A stretch of DNA of 64,000 nucleotides. Origin: Mobula hypostoma (lineage: Eukaryota). The stretch lies in the NCBI RefSeq assembly GCF_963921235.1, contig NC_086108.1, positions 8,370,001 through 8,434,000 on the forward strand, in the 5' to 3' direction. The notes under the pieces were generated by a model. It did not search any database. It was not told the DNA's origin and worked only from the letters and a program-made list of their open reading frames with translations. The position numbers and the translations under genes are program-made. Below, in pieces: positions 48,504 through 61,762 of this stretch; within the stretch, counting starts at the first letter, position 1, and every line of letters starts with the position of its first letter.

Positions 48504-51116
48504 CCATCGTCACTCCCTCAGCACTGATCCGACCCCATACCTGTAGCCTGCAGCCATCGTCACTCACTCTGCACTGAACTGACTCTGTGACTGTCTACTT
48601 GCTTTCAGAAACCCGACGATTCATATCACATGTCGCATTTGTTTTTGTTTTATTGTTTACTTGATTGGGTCTTTATTCGCACATTGGATGTTTGTTGGTC
48701 TTTCCTGTGTGGGGTTTTCATGGATTGTATTTCTTTGTTTTGTGGCTGCCTAGAAAATGAATCTCAAGGTTGTATCTGATATATTTGACAACACTGGAAA
48801 ACAAACTCTTTTTGAAAGTGTCCCTTCCTCAGGATTTTTCGTTTATGATAGGCTGCTTGAAGCTGAACACAGATAGAATTTCAGACGACTTGTATCATGT
48901 AGAGATTTGGAGAAACAAAAAATTATCTTTTATTGAATATAATGCATTTAATTACACAACAGTGCTGACACTTTGCAATATTTCAACCGAGCTAAAAGTG
49001 TTTTGCCAATGATTTTCATTTGCACTCAGTGTCTGAGGCTTCTCACTTAAGTGTCCAGCAATAATCAGCCAGCATTGATGGATTCCAGTCACCCTGATAC
49101 CGTTTCTCCATGTCCGCAATGTCCTGGTGAAACCTTTCGCCATGCTCGTCACTGACAGCACCAACATTTACAGGGAAGAAGTCGGAATGGGAATGCAGAA
49201 AATTAATCTTTAGTGACATGTCGCACTTCATGGTTTTGTATGCCTGAAGTATGTTAACCAGCTACACGTAGTTTGATATCTGTAGTTGCTAAGAAAGTTT
49301 TCAACAACATCCTTGAATCCTTCAACAATATCCTTGAAAGCTTTCAACAACATGATGTCCATCCTCTGGGTTTTTCCCCCCTTGTAAATCTGACAGGAGC
49401 AAAGGATGTTGGGGATGGTGAGTGTGGAGTGCGGGACAGGAAGGGAGTGCGAGGGGCGAGGGATGGTGCAGGTACAGACACACCCAGCCCTGAGACACCA
49501 GGCAAGGTTATTTCATTCCAAACAACTGGTTTATTGATCATTACAGAATGTCTCTCTGATGCTTCCTGCTCCCTCCCCTCCCTCCTCTCCACGATTCCCC
49601 TCTCCCTGTCCCCCTCCCACTCTCAGTCATCGTCCATAATAGAGACCCATATCAGAATCAGGTTTATCATATGTCATGAATTTGCTCTTTATTTTGCGGC
49701 AGCAGTACAGTGCGATACATAAAATTGCTGTAGTACGCTGCAGAAGTCTTGGGAACCCGGGCTATTGTAGACACCACTGTTGCTGACCATATCAAAGGTG
49801 GTGAAGAGTCAGCATAGAGGAGGGAGGTGGAAAATCTGACTCAGTGGAGCCACAACTACAACCTCTCACTCAGTGTCAGCAAGCTGAAGGAGCCGATTAT
49901 TGACTTTGGGAGAAGGAAACCAGAGGTCCCTGAACCAGTCGTCACTGAAAGGTCAGATCTGGGGTGGGGGGTGGTATTAGCAACTTTAAATTCCTCAGTG
50001 TTATTATTTCGGAGAACCCGTCCTGCTCCCAGCATGCAGGGGCAACGACAGAGAAAGCATGGCATCCTCTCTCCTTCCTTAGGAGTTTGAAGAGATTCAG
50101 CATGACACCTAAAACTTTGACAGACTTCTATAGATGTGTAGTGGAGAATGTATTGACGGGCTGCATCATGGCCTGGTATGGACACACCAATGCCTTTGAA
50201 TGGAAAATCCTACAAAAAGTAGTGAATATGGTTCGGTCCATTATGGGTAAAGGCCTCCCTACCACTGAGCACATCTACATGAAACGCTGTCGTAGGAAAG
50301 CAGCATCCATCGTCAGAGATCCCCAACACCCAGGCCATGCTCTCTTCTCACTGCTGTCATCAGGTAGAAGGTACAGGGGTCTCAGAACTCACATCACCAG
50401 GTTCAGGAACAGTTATTACCCCTCAACCATCAGGCTCCTGAATCAAAGGGGATAACTTCACTCACCCCATCACTGAAATGTTCCCACACCAATGGACTCA
50501 CTTTCAAGGATTCTTCATCTCATGTTCTCAATTTTTTTTTGCTTATTTACCCATTATTATTTCTTCTTTTTGAATTTGCACAGTTTGTTGCACTCTGGTT
50601 AAACACCCAAGTTGGGCGGACTTTTATTGATTCTGTTATAGTTATTATTCAATTGATTGCAAGATGTATTTACAACATGGCTGCAAGAAAATCAACTTCA
50701 GGATTGTATATGGTGACATATATGTAATTGACAATAAAATTTACTGTGAACTTGATATATAAGCACAGTGCTGTGTATCAATGATAATAAATGATTGGGA
50801 TTCAGCTGAGTTTCCAGCACACAACCATAGACATAGGACCTCTCTCCTCCCCCCGCTCACCTCTCTTCCCCTTCCTCTCTTCTCCGCATCTCCTCCCCCT
50901 CTCCGTTCCCTCTTCTCCCCCTCTCCTCTACACCCTCTCTCCCCACCCCCTCTTCTACCTACCCCCCTCTCCTCCCCCTCTCCCCTTTCCTTTCTCCACC
51001 CCACCATCTCCCCTACCCCTACCCTACCCCCTCGCTCCCCTATCCTCTCTGCCCTCCACCTCCCCCTCCCCTCCCCCTCACTTTGTTCCCCATACCTGGT
51101 AAAGAGCTGCCCCTTG

Positions 51117-51130
51117 GCGCCCTCTGGTGG
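51117..51130 (-). promoter_or_regulatory. CTCF binding motif (copy 7)
   Basis: GCGCCCTCTGGTGG on + strand. Confidence 0.75.
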
Positions 51131-51714
51131 AGGAAGCAGGAGCCACCTCAGTTCAGAAGCGGAATGGTATTTGCAATTTTCCAGTCCCCAGGAACCATTC
51201 CAGTGTTCGGTGGTTCTTGAACGATCAAGACTAATGCCTCCACTCTCTCTTCTGCTACCTCTTTCAGACCCTGCAGGTGTAGTTCAACTGGTCCAGGTGA
51301 CTTGTCCACCTTCAGGCTTTTCAGTTTCCCAATCTCTTCCTCCTTAGTAATTGTGCGGCACTAACTTCTGCCCCTGACACTCCTGCTTTCCTGGCATTCT
51401 GCTGTCTCCCGCAGTGTAGACTGATGCAAAAGACTTATTAAGATCATCCACCATTTCTTTTCCCCCTGTTACTACCTCTCCAGTGTCATTTTTCCAGCAG
51501 TCCGATATCCACTCTCGCCAGAGGATGGGCATGATTCCCCGCCCCCCTTTTCTTTCTCCCTAGGCCTCCTGTCCCATGATCTTCTCATATCCCCTTTTGC
51601 CAATCAACTGTCCAGCTCTTGGTTCCATCCCTCCCCCTCCTGTCTTCTCCTATCATTTTGGATCTCCACCTCCCCTTCCCACTTTCAAACCTCTTACTAG
51701 TTCTTCCTTCAGTT

Positions 51715-51750
51715 AGTCCTGACGAAGGGTCTCAGCCCGAAACGTCGACT
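51715..51750 (+). ncRNA. Minimal hammerhead ribozyme (duplicate of 22013-22048)
   Basis: AGTCCTGACGAAGGGTCTCAGCCCGAAACGTCGACT. Confidence 0.6.
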
Positions 51751-54048
51751 GTACCTCTTCCTAGAGATGCTGCCTGGACTGCTGCGTTCACCAGCAACTT
51801 TGATGTGAGTTGAGTGAATTTCCAGCATCTGCAGAATTCCTCGTGTTTATGCTTATCACCCTGGACAACAAAGATTTTGCTTCCTGAATACTTTTGGGTG
51901 TTATCTTAAAACTCCCTATCACACAGCATTTTTATTAAAAATCACCTATATTTGTTATTTCAATTCATAATTCAAGTCAGAATAACTGATGCCAAGATTA
52001 AGGAAGGCATTTCTGTTGGTTCACAAATCAAACAGGTTATCAATATTAGGCAATTTAAAGAACTTCTAGTGGGTCCAGAAAAAATTGCATAGAAGGCATT
52101 CAAGGATGTTGTTGAAAACTTTCTTAGCAACTACAGATATCAAACTACGTGTAGCTGGTTAACATGCTTCAGGCATACAAAACCATGAAGTGCGACATGT
52201 CACTAAAGATTAATTTTCTGCATTCCCATTTAGACTTCTTCCCTGTAAATGTTGGTGCTGTCAGTGACGAGCATGGTGAAAGGTTTCACCAGGACATTGT
52301 GGCCATGGAGAAATGGTATCAGGGCAACTGGAATCCATCAATGCTGGCTGATTATTGCTGGACACTTAAGTGAGAAGCCTCAGACACTGAGTGCAAATGA
52401 AAATCATTGACAAAACATTTTTAGCTCGGTTGAAATACTGCAAAGTGTCAGCACTGTTGTGTAATTAAATGCATTATATTCAATAAAAGTTAATTTTTTG
52501 TTTCTCCAAATCTCCACATGATACAAGTAGTCTGAAATTCTATCTGTGTTCGGCTTCAAGCGGCCAATCATAAACAAAAAATCCTGAGGAAGGGACACTT
52601 CCAAAAAATTTGTTGTCCAGTGTTGTCAAATATATTAGATACAACCGTGAGAGTCATTTTCCAGGCAGCCACAAAACAAACAAACACAATCCATGAAAAC
52701 CCTACACAAGAAAGACCAACAAACATCCAATGTGCGAATAAAGACCAAGTCAAGTACACAATAAAAAAATAAACAAGTGCAACATATGATATGAATAGTT
52801 GGGTTCCCAAAAGCAAGTACACAGTCACAGAGTCAGTTCAGTGCAGAGTGAGTGACGATGGTGACAGGCCACAGCTGTGAGTCAGTTCAGTGCTAAGGTG
52901 AGCAAAGCCTCCCAGAATAGTGAGCCTCCACCCTCAGGTTTGATGCTTTAATCGTTTTAATCTGGCTCGGCGCTTAAATTGGCTAATTACTGATTTCTTT
53001 TTCACTCCCTGGTCCGGGTCCCCCTGGCCCAAACTGGCCCAAAGTTGCGGCCTAGCCCCAAGTCTGCTCCAGCGATGTCCACTATGGCCGTCCCTGCATT
53101 ATTGAGAGAAAGAAAGGGTGCTGCACCCCTTCACAAGATTTGGCTGCCGGTGAAACGATCACATTATTTCATTTGCTATACCCCTGCTCTTTAGTAGAGA
53201 TTTACTTACCATTAGTTGTGTTTTGAATTCTGCTATCTGCCCGCCACTGGTCTCTGGTCTACTCAGCGGCCACTCATTTCAAGTCCACTTCCTCTTCACA
53301 TTCCCACATGTCGGTCCATGGCTTCCTCTACTGTTATGAGGAGGCCACACTCGGGGTGAAGGAGCAACACCTCATATTCCATCTGGGTAGCCTCCAACCT
53401 CACAGCATGAACATGGATTTAAGACCATAAGACATCAGATCAGAATGGGGCCATTCGGTCCCTCAAGCCCACTTTGCCATTTCATCATGGCTGACCCATT
53501 TCCCTCTCAAACCCATTCTCCTGCCTTCTCCCCATAACTTTTCACTCCCTGACTTATCAAGGATCTATCAACCTCTGCTTTGAATGCATTCATTTACTTG
53601 ACCTCCACAGCCTGCCTGTGGCAACGAATTCCACAGATTCACCACCCTCGAGCTAAAGAAATTCTTCCTCATCTCCGTTATATTCTGAAAATTACACTGG
53701 AGAGGTAGTAACAGGGGGAAAAGAAATGGTGGATGAACTTAATAAGTCTTTTGCATCAGTCTACACTGCGGGAGACAGCAGAATGCCAGGAAAGCAGGAG
53801 TGTCAGGGGCAGAAGTTAGTGCCGCACTATCACTAAGGAGGAATGGTTGGGAAAGTGAAAAGCCTGAAGGTGGACAAGTCACCTGGACCAGTTGAACTAC
53901 ACCTCCAGGGTCTGAAAGAGGTAGCAGAAGAGAGAGTGGAGACATTAGTCTTGATCGTTCAAGAACCACCGAACACTGGAATGGTTCCTGGGGGCTGGAA
54001 AATTGCAAATACCATTCCGCTTCTGAACTGAGGTGGCTCCTGCTTCCT

Positions 54049-54062
54049 CCACCAGAGGGCGC
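54049..54062 (+). promoter_or_regulatory. CTCF binding motif (copy 8)
   Basis: CCACCAGAGGGCGC. Confidence 0.75.
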
Positions 54063-57000
54063 CAAGGGGCAGCTCTTTACCAGGTTTGGGGAACAAAGTG
54101 AGGGAGAGGGGAGGGGAGGGGGAGGTGGAGGGGAGAGAGGATAGGGGAGCAAAGGGGTAGGGTAGGGGTAGGGGAGAGAGTGGGGAGGGGAAAGGAGAGG
54201 GGAGAGGGGGAGGAGAGGGGGTAGGTAGAAGAGGGGGTGGGGAGAGAGGGGGGTAGAGGAGAGGGGGAGAAGAGAGAACGGAGAGGGCGAGGAGATGCGG
54301 AGAAGAGAGGAAGGGGAAGAGAGGTGAGTGGGGGGAGGAAAGAGGTCCTACGTCTATGGTTGTGTGCTGGAAACTCAGCTGAATCACAATCATTTATTAT
54401 CATTGATACACAGCACTGTGCTTATATATTACGTTCAAAGTAAATTTTATTATCAATTATATGTCACCATATACAATCCTGAAGTTGATTTTCTTGCAGG
54501 CATACTTAATAAATCAATTGTATAATAACTATAACAGAATCAATGAAAGACCGCCCAGTTTGGGTGTTTAACCAGAGTGCAACAAACTGTGCAAATTCAA
54601 AAAGAAGAAATAATAATGGGTAAATAAGCAAAAAAATATTGAGAACATGAGATGAAGAATCCTTGTAAGTGAGTCCATTGGTGTGGGAACATTTCAATGA
54701 TGGGGCGAGTGAAGTTGTCCCCTTTGATTCAGGAGCCTGATGGTTGAGGGGTAATAAATGTTCCTGAACCTGGTGGTGTGAGTTCTGAGACCCCTGTACC
54801 TTCTACCTGATGACAGCAGTGAGAAGAGAGCATGGCCTGGGTGTTGGGGATCTCTGACGATGGATGCTGCTTTCCTACGACAGCGTTTCATGTAGATGTG
54901 CTCAGTGGTAGGGAGGCCTTTACCCGTAATGGACCGAACCATATTCACTACTTTTTGTAGGATTTTCCATTCAGAGGCATTGGTGTGTCCATACCAGGCC
55001 GTGATGCAGCCCGTCAATACATTCTCCACTACACATCTATAGAAGTCTGTCAAAGTTTTAGATGTCATGCTGAATCTCTTCAAACTCCTAAGGAAGGAGA
55101 GATGATGCCATGCTTTCTCTGTAGTTGCCCCTGCATGCTGGGAGCAGGACGGGTTCTCCGAAATAATAACACTGAGGAATTTAAAGTTGCTAATACCACC
55201 CCCACCCCGGCTCGGACCTTTCAGTGAGGACTGGCTCAGGGACCTCTGGTTTCCTTCTCCCAAAGTCTATAATCGGCTGCTTCAGCTTGCTGACACTGAG
55301 TGAGAGGTTGTAGTTGTGGCTCCACTGAGTCAGATTTTCCATCTCCCTCCTCTATGCTGACTCTTCACCACCTTTGATATGGTCAGCAACAGTGGTGTCT
55401 ACAGTAGCCCGGGTTCCCAAGACTTCTGCAGCGTACTACAGCAATTTTATGTATCGCACTGTACTGCTGCCGCAAAATAAAGAGCAAATTCATGACATAT
55501 GATAAACCTGATTCTGATATGGGTCTCTATTGTGGACCGGATACATGTATAGGGAATATGTCGGGGTGCAGACTGGTTACATGTATAGGGAATGTGTCGG
55601 GGTGCAGACCGGATACATGTACAGGAATGTGTCGGGTGCAGACTGGATACATGGATAGGGAATGTGTCGGGTGCAGATTGGATACATGTACCATCGTCAC
55701 TCCCTCAGCACTGATCCGACCCCATACCTGTGGCCTGCAGCCATCGTCACTCACTCTGCACTGAACTGACTCTGTCACTGTCTACTTGCTTTCGGGAACC
55801 CAACGATTCATATCACATTTCGCACTTGTTTATTTTTTATTGTTTAATTGATTTGGTCTTTATTCGCACATTGGATGTTTGTTGGTCTTTCTTGTGTGCG
55901 GTTTTCATGGATTGTGTTTCTTTGTTTTGTGGCTGCCTAGAAAATGAATCTCAAGGTTGTATCTAATATATTTGACAACACTGGACAACAAATTCTTTTT
56001 GAAAGTGTCCCTTCCTCAGGATTTTTTGTTTATGATAGGCTGCTTGAAGCTGAACACAGATATAATTTCAGACTACTTGTATCATGTAGAGATTTGGAGA
56101 AACAAAAAATTAACTTTTATTGAATATAATGCATTTAATTACACAACAGTGCTGACACTTTGCAATATTTCAACCGAGCTAAAAGTGTTTGTCAATGATT
56201 TTCATTTGTACTCAGTGTCTGAGGTTTCTCACTTAAGTGTCCAGCAATAATCAACCAGCATTGATGGATTCCAGTCACCCTGATACCGTTTCTCCATGTC
56301 CGCAATGTCCTGGTGAAACCTTTCGCCATGCTCGTCACTGACAGCACCAACATTTACAGGGAAGAAGTCGGAATGGGAATGCAGAAAATTAATCTTTAGT
56401 GACATGTCGCACTTCATGGTTTTGTATGCCTGAAGCATGTTAACCAGCTACACGTAGTTTGATGTCTGTAGTTGCTAAGAAAGTTTTCAACAACATACTT
56501 GAATCCTTCAACAATATCCTTGAAAGCTTTCAACAACATGATGTCCATCCTCTGGGTTTTTCCCCCCTTGTAAATCTGACAGGAGCAAAGGATGTTGGGG
56601 ATGGTGAGTGTGGAGTGCGGGACAGGAAGGGAGTGCGAGGGGCGAGGGATGGTGCAGGTACAGACACACCCAGCCCTGAGACACCAGGCAAGGTCATTTC
56701 ATTCCAAACAACTGGTTTATTGATCATTACAGAATGTCTCTCTGATGCTTCCTGCTCCCTCCCCTCCCTCCTCTCTACGATTCCCCTCTCCCTGACCCCC
56801 TCCCACTCTCAGTCATCGTCCATAATAGAGACCCATATCAGAATCAGGTTTATCATATGTCATGAACTTGCTCTTTATTTTGCGGCAGCAGTACAGTGCG
56901 ATACATAAAATTGCTGTAGTACGCTGCAGAAGTCTTGGGAACCCGGGCTATTGTAGACACCACTGTTGCTGACCATATCAAAGGTGGTGAAGAGTCAACA

Positions 57001-58291
57001 TAGAGGAGGGAGATGGAAAATCTGACTCAGTGGAGCCACAACTACAACCTCTCACTCAGTGTCAGCAAGCTGAAGGAGCCGATTATAGACTTTGGGAGAA
57101 GGAAACCAGAGGTCCCCGAACCAGTCCTCACTGAAAGGTCAGATCTGGGGTCGGGGGTGGTATTAGCAACTTTAAATTCCTCAGTGTTATTATTTCGGAG
57201 AACCCGTCCTGCTCCCAGCATGCATGGGCAACTACAGAGAAAGCATGGCATCATCTCTCCTTCCTTAGGAGTTTGAAGAGATTCAGCATGACATCTAAAA
57301 CTTTGACAGACTTCTATAGATGTGTAGTGGAGAATGTATTGACGGGCTGCATCACGGCCTGGTATGGACACACCAATGCCTTTGAATGGAAAATCCTACA
57401 AAAAGTAGTGAATATGGTTCGGTCCATTATGGGTAAAGGCCTCCCTACCACTGAGCACATCTACATGAAACGCTGTCGTAGGAAAGCAGCATCCATCGTC
57501 AGAGATCCCCAACACCCAGGCCATGCTCTCTTCTCACTGCTGTCATCAGGTAGAAGGTACAGGGGTCTCAGAACTCACATCACCAGGTTCAGGAACAGTT
57601 ATTACCCCTCAACCATCAGGCTCCTGAATCAAAGGGGACAACTTCACTCGCCCCATCACTGAAATGTTCCCACACCAATGGATTCACTTTCAAGGATTCT
57701 TCATCTCATGTTCTCAATATTTTTTTGCTTATTTACCCATTATTATTTCTTCTTTTTGAATTTGCACAGTTTGTTGCACTCTGGTTAAACACCCAAGTTG
57801 GGCGGACTTTTATTGATTCTGTTATAGTTATTATTCAATTGATTGCAAGATGTATTTACAACATGGCTGCAAGAAAATCAACTTCAGGATTGTATATGGT
57901 GACATATATGTAATTAACAATAAAATTTACTGTGAACTTGATATATAAGCACAGTGCTGTATATCGGTGATAATAAATGATTGGGATTCAACTGAGTTTC
58001 CAGCACACAACCATAGACATAGGACCTCTCTCCTCCCCCCGCTCACCTCTCTTCCCCTTCCTCTCTTCTCCGCATCTCCTCCCCCTCTCCGTTCCCTCTT
58101 CTCCCCCTCTCCTCTACACCCTCTCTCCCCACCCCCTCTTCTACCTACCCCCCTCTCCTCCCCCTCTCCCCTTTCCTTTCTCCTCCCCACCATCTCCCCT
58201 ACCCCTACCCTACCCCCTCGCTCCCCTATCCTCTCTCCCCTCCACCTCCCCCTCACTTTGTTCCCCATACCTGGTAAAGAGCTGCCCCTTG

Positions 58292-58305
58292 GCGCCCTCT
58301 GGTGG
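58292..58305 (-). promoter_or_regulatory. CTCF binding motif (copy 9)
   Basis: GCGCCCTCTGGTGG on + strand. Confidence 0.75.
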
Positions 58306-58390
58306 AGGAAGCAGGAGCCACCTCAGTTCAGAAGCGGAATGGTATTTGCAATTTCCACTTTCAAACCTCTTACTAGTTCTTCCTTCAGTT

Positions 58391-58426
58391 AGTCCTGACG
58401 AAGGGTCTCAGCCCGAAACGTCGACT
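58391..58426 (+). ncRNA. Minimal hammerhead ribozyme (duplicate)
   Basis: AGTCCTGACGAAGGGTCTCAGCCCGAAACGTCGACT. Confidence 0.6.
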
Positions 58427-61400
58427 GTACCTCTTCCTAGAGATGCTGCCTGGACTGCTGCGTTCACCAGCAACTTTGATGTGAGTTGAGTGAATTTCCA
58501 GCATCTGCCGAATTCCTCGTGTTTATGCTTATCACCCTGGACAACAAAGATTTTGCTTCCTGAATACTTTTGGGTGTTATCTTAAAAACTCCCTATCACG
58601 CAGCATTTTTATTAAAAATCACCTATATTTGTTATTTCAATTCATAATTCAAGTCAGAATAACTGATGCCAAGATTAAGGAAGGCATTTCTGTTGGTTCA
58701 CAAATCAAACAGGTTATCAATATTAGGCAATTTAAAGAACTTCTAGTGGGACCAGAGAAAATTGCATAGAAGGCATTCAAGGATGTTGTTGAAAACTTTC
58801 TTAGCAACTACAGACATCAAACTACGTGTAGCTGGTTAACATGCTTCAGGCATACAAAACCATGAAGTGCGACATGTCACTAAAGATTAATTTTCTGCAT
58901 TCCCATTTAGACTTCTTCCCTGTAAATGTTGGTGCTGTCAGTGACGAGCATGGTGAAAGGTTTCACCAGGACATTGTGGTCATGGAGAAACGGTATCAGG
59001 GTGACTGGAATCCATCAATGCTGGCTGATTATTGTTGGACACTTAAGTGAGAAACCTCAGACACTGAGTGCAAATGAAAATCATTGACAAAACACTTTTA
59101 GCTCGGTTGAAATACTGCAAAGTGTCAGCACTGTTGTGTAATTAAATGCATTATATTCAATAAAAGTTAATTTTTTGTTTCTCCAAATCTCCACATGATA
59201 CAAGTAGTCTGAAATTCTATCTGTGTTCAGCTTCAAGTGGCCTATCATAAACAAAAAATCCTGAGGAAGGGACACTTTCAAAAAAAAAAATTTGTTGTCC
59301 AGTGTTGTCAAATATATTAGATAAACCCGTGAGATTCATATTCCAGGCAGCCACAAAACAAAGAAACACAATCAATGAAAACCGCACACAAGAAAGACCA
59401 ACAAACATCCAATGTGCGAATAAAGACCAAATCAAGTAAACAATAAAAAATAAACAAGTGCGACATGTGATATGAATCGTCGGGTTCCCGAAAGCAAGTA
59501 CACAGTCACAGAGTCAGTTCAGTGCAGAGTGAGTGACGATGGTGACAGGCCACAGGTACAGAGTCAGTTCAGTGCAGAGTGAGTGACGATGGTGACAGGC
59601 CACAGGTACAGGGTCAGTTCAGTGCAGAGTGAGTGACGATGGCTGCAGGCCACAGGTACAGGGTCAGTTCGGTGCAGAGTGAGTGACGATGGCTGCAGGC
59701 CACAGGTACAGGGTCAGTTCGGTGCAGAGTGAGTGACGATGGTGACAGGCCACAGCTGTGAGTCAGTTCAGTGCTAAGGTGAGCAAAGCCTCCCAAATTA
59801 GTGAGCCTCCACCCTCAGCTTCGATGCTTTAATCTTTTTAATCTGGCTCAGCACTTAAATTGGCTAAATACCGATTTGTTTTTCCCTCTTGGGTCCGGGT
59901 CCCCCAGCCCAAACTGGCCCAAAGTTGCGGCCTAGCCCCAAGTCTGCTCCAGCGATGTCCACTATGGCCGTCCCTGCATTCTTGAGAGAAAGAAAGGGTG
60001 CTGCACCCCTTCACAAGATTTGGCTGCTGGTGAAACGATCACATCCTTTCATTTGCTATACCCCTGCCCTTTAGTAGAGATTTATGTACCATTAGTTGTG
60101 TTTTGAATTCTGCTATCTGCCCGCCACTGGTCTCTGGTCTACTCAGCGGCCACTCGTTTCAAGTCCACTTCCTCTTCCCATTCCCACATGTCGGTCCATG
60201 GCTTCCTCTACTGTTATGAGGAGGCCACACTCGGGGTGAAGGAGCAACACCTCATATTCCATCTGGGTAGCCTCCAACCTCACAGCATGAACATGGATTT
60301 AAGACCATAAGACATCGGATCAGAATGGGGCCATTCGGTCCCTTGAGCCCACTTTGCCATTTCATCATGGCTGACCCATTTCCCTCTCAAACCCATTCTC
60401 CTGCCTTCTCCCCATAACTTTTCACTCCCTGACTTATCAAGGATCTATCACCCTCTGCTTTGAATGCATTCATTTACTTGACCTCCACAGCCTGCCTGTG
60501 GCAACGAATTCCACAGATTCACCACCCTCGAGCTAAAGAAATTCTTCCTCATCTCCGTTGTATTCTGAGGCTGTGCCCTCTGATCCTAGACTCTCCCTCT
60601 ATCGGAATCACCCTCTCCATATCCACTCTAAGGAGGCCTTTCAACATTTGATTGGTTTCATTGAGATCCCCCATTCTTCTGAATTACGGTGAGTACAGGC
60701 CCAGAGCCATGAAAAACTCCATGAAAAACTGGTGAGTGAGACCTCACCAATGTATTGTAACACCTCAGTATTACATCCTTGCTTTTATATTCTACTCCTC
60801 TTGAAATGAATGCTAACATTGCATTTGCCGTCCTCACCACTGACTCAACCTGCAAATTAACCTTTAGAGAATCCTGCACAAGTCCATCTGCACCTCAGAA
60901 TTTTATTTTTTTCCCCGTTTATAAAACCATCAAACGTTCTATTCCAAAGCGTAGACTGTTTAAATTAGATTTCTCTAACTTCCGGTAATTTCTCTGTTCC
61001 CTTTTTCCCATTCCCCATTCTAGTTCCCGCTCTCCTCACCTGCCTATCACCTCCCTTTGGTTTCCCTGCTCCTTCCCTTTCTCCCACGGTCCATGTCCCT
61101 TCCTGTCATATTCCTTCTTCTCCAGCCCTTGCCCTCTTCCACCTGTCACCTCCCGACTTCTTTCTTTACCACCCACCTGCTCTCGCCCATCCCCTGCCAG
61201 TTTGCCCTCCTCCCCACCCCCTCATTTCTTTTTCAGGCATCTTCCCCCTTCCTTTCCAGTCCTGATGAAGGGTGTCGGCTCGAAACGTGAACTATTTATT
61301 CTCCTCCATAGATGCTGCCTGCCCTGCTGACCTTTTCTCAGATGTATAAAGAGTAAACGAGAGGCGAGAGTGGATATAGGACCGCTGGAAAAATGACACT

Positions 61401-61748
61401 GGAGAGGTAGTAACGGGGAAAAGAAATGGTGGATGAACTTAATAAGTCTTTTGCATCAGTCTAAACTGCGGGAGACAGCAGAATGCCAGGAAAGCAGGAG
61501 TGTCAGGGGCAGAAGTTAGTGCCGCACTATCACTAAGGAGGAATGGTTGGGAAACTGAAAAGCTTGAAGGTGGACAAGTCACCTGGACCAGTTGAACTAC
61601 ACCTGCAGGGTCTGAAAGAGGTAGCAGAAGAGAGAGTGCAGACATTAGTCTTGATCGTTCAAGAACCACCGAACACTGGAATGGTTCCTGGGGGCTGGAA
61701 AATTGCAAATACCATTCCGCTTCTGAACTGAGGTGGCTCCTGCTTCCT

Positions 61749-61762
61749 CCACCAGAGGGCGC
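61749..61762 (+). promoter_or_regulatory. CTCF binding motif (copy 10)
   Basis: CCACCAGAGGGCGC. Confidence 0.75.

Noticed and set aside
59508..59775. CRISPR-like array
   Set aside because: Contiguous tandem units without unique spacers, no cas genes, and a eukaryotic context.
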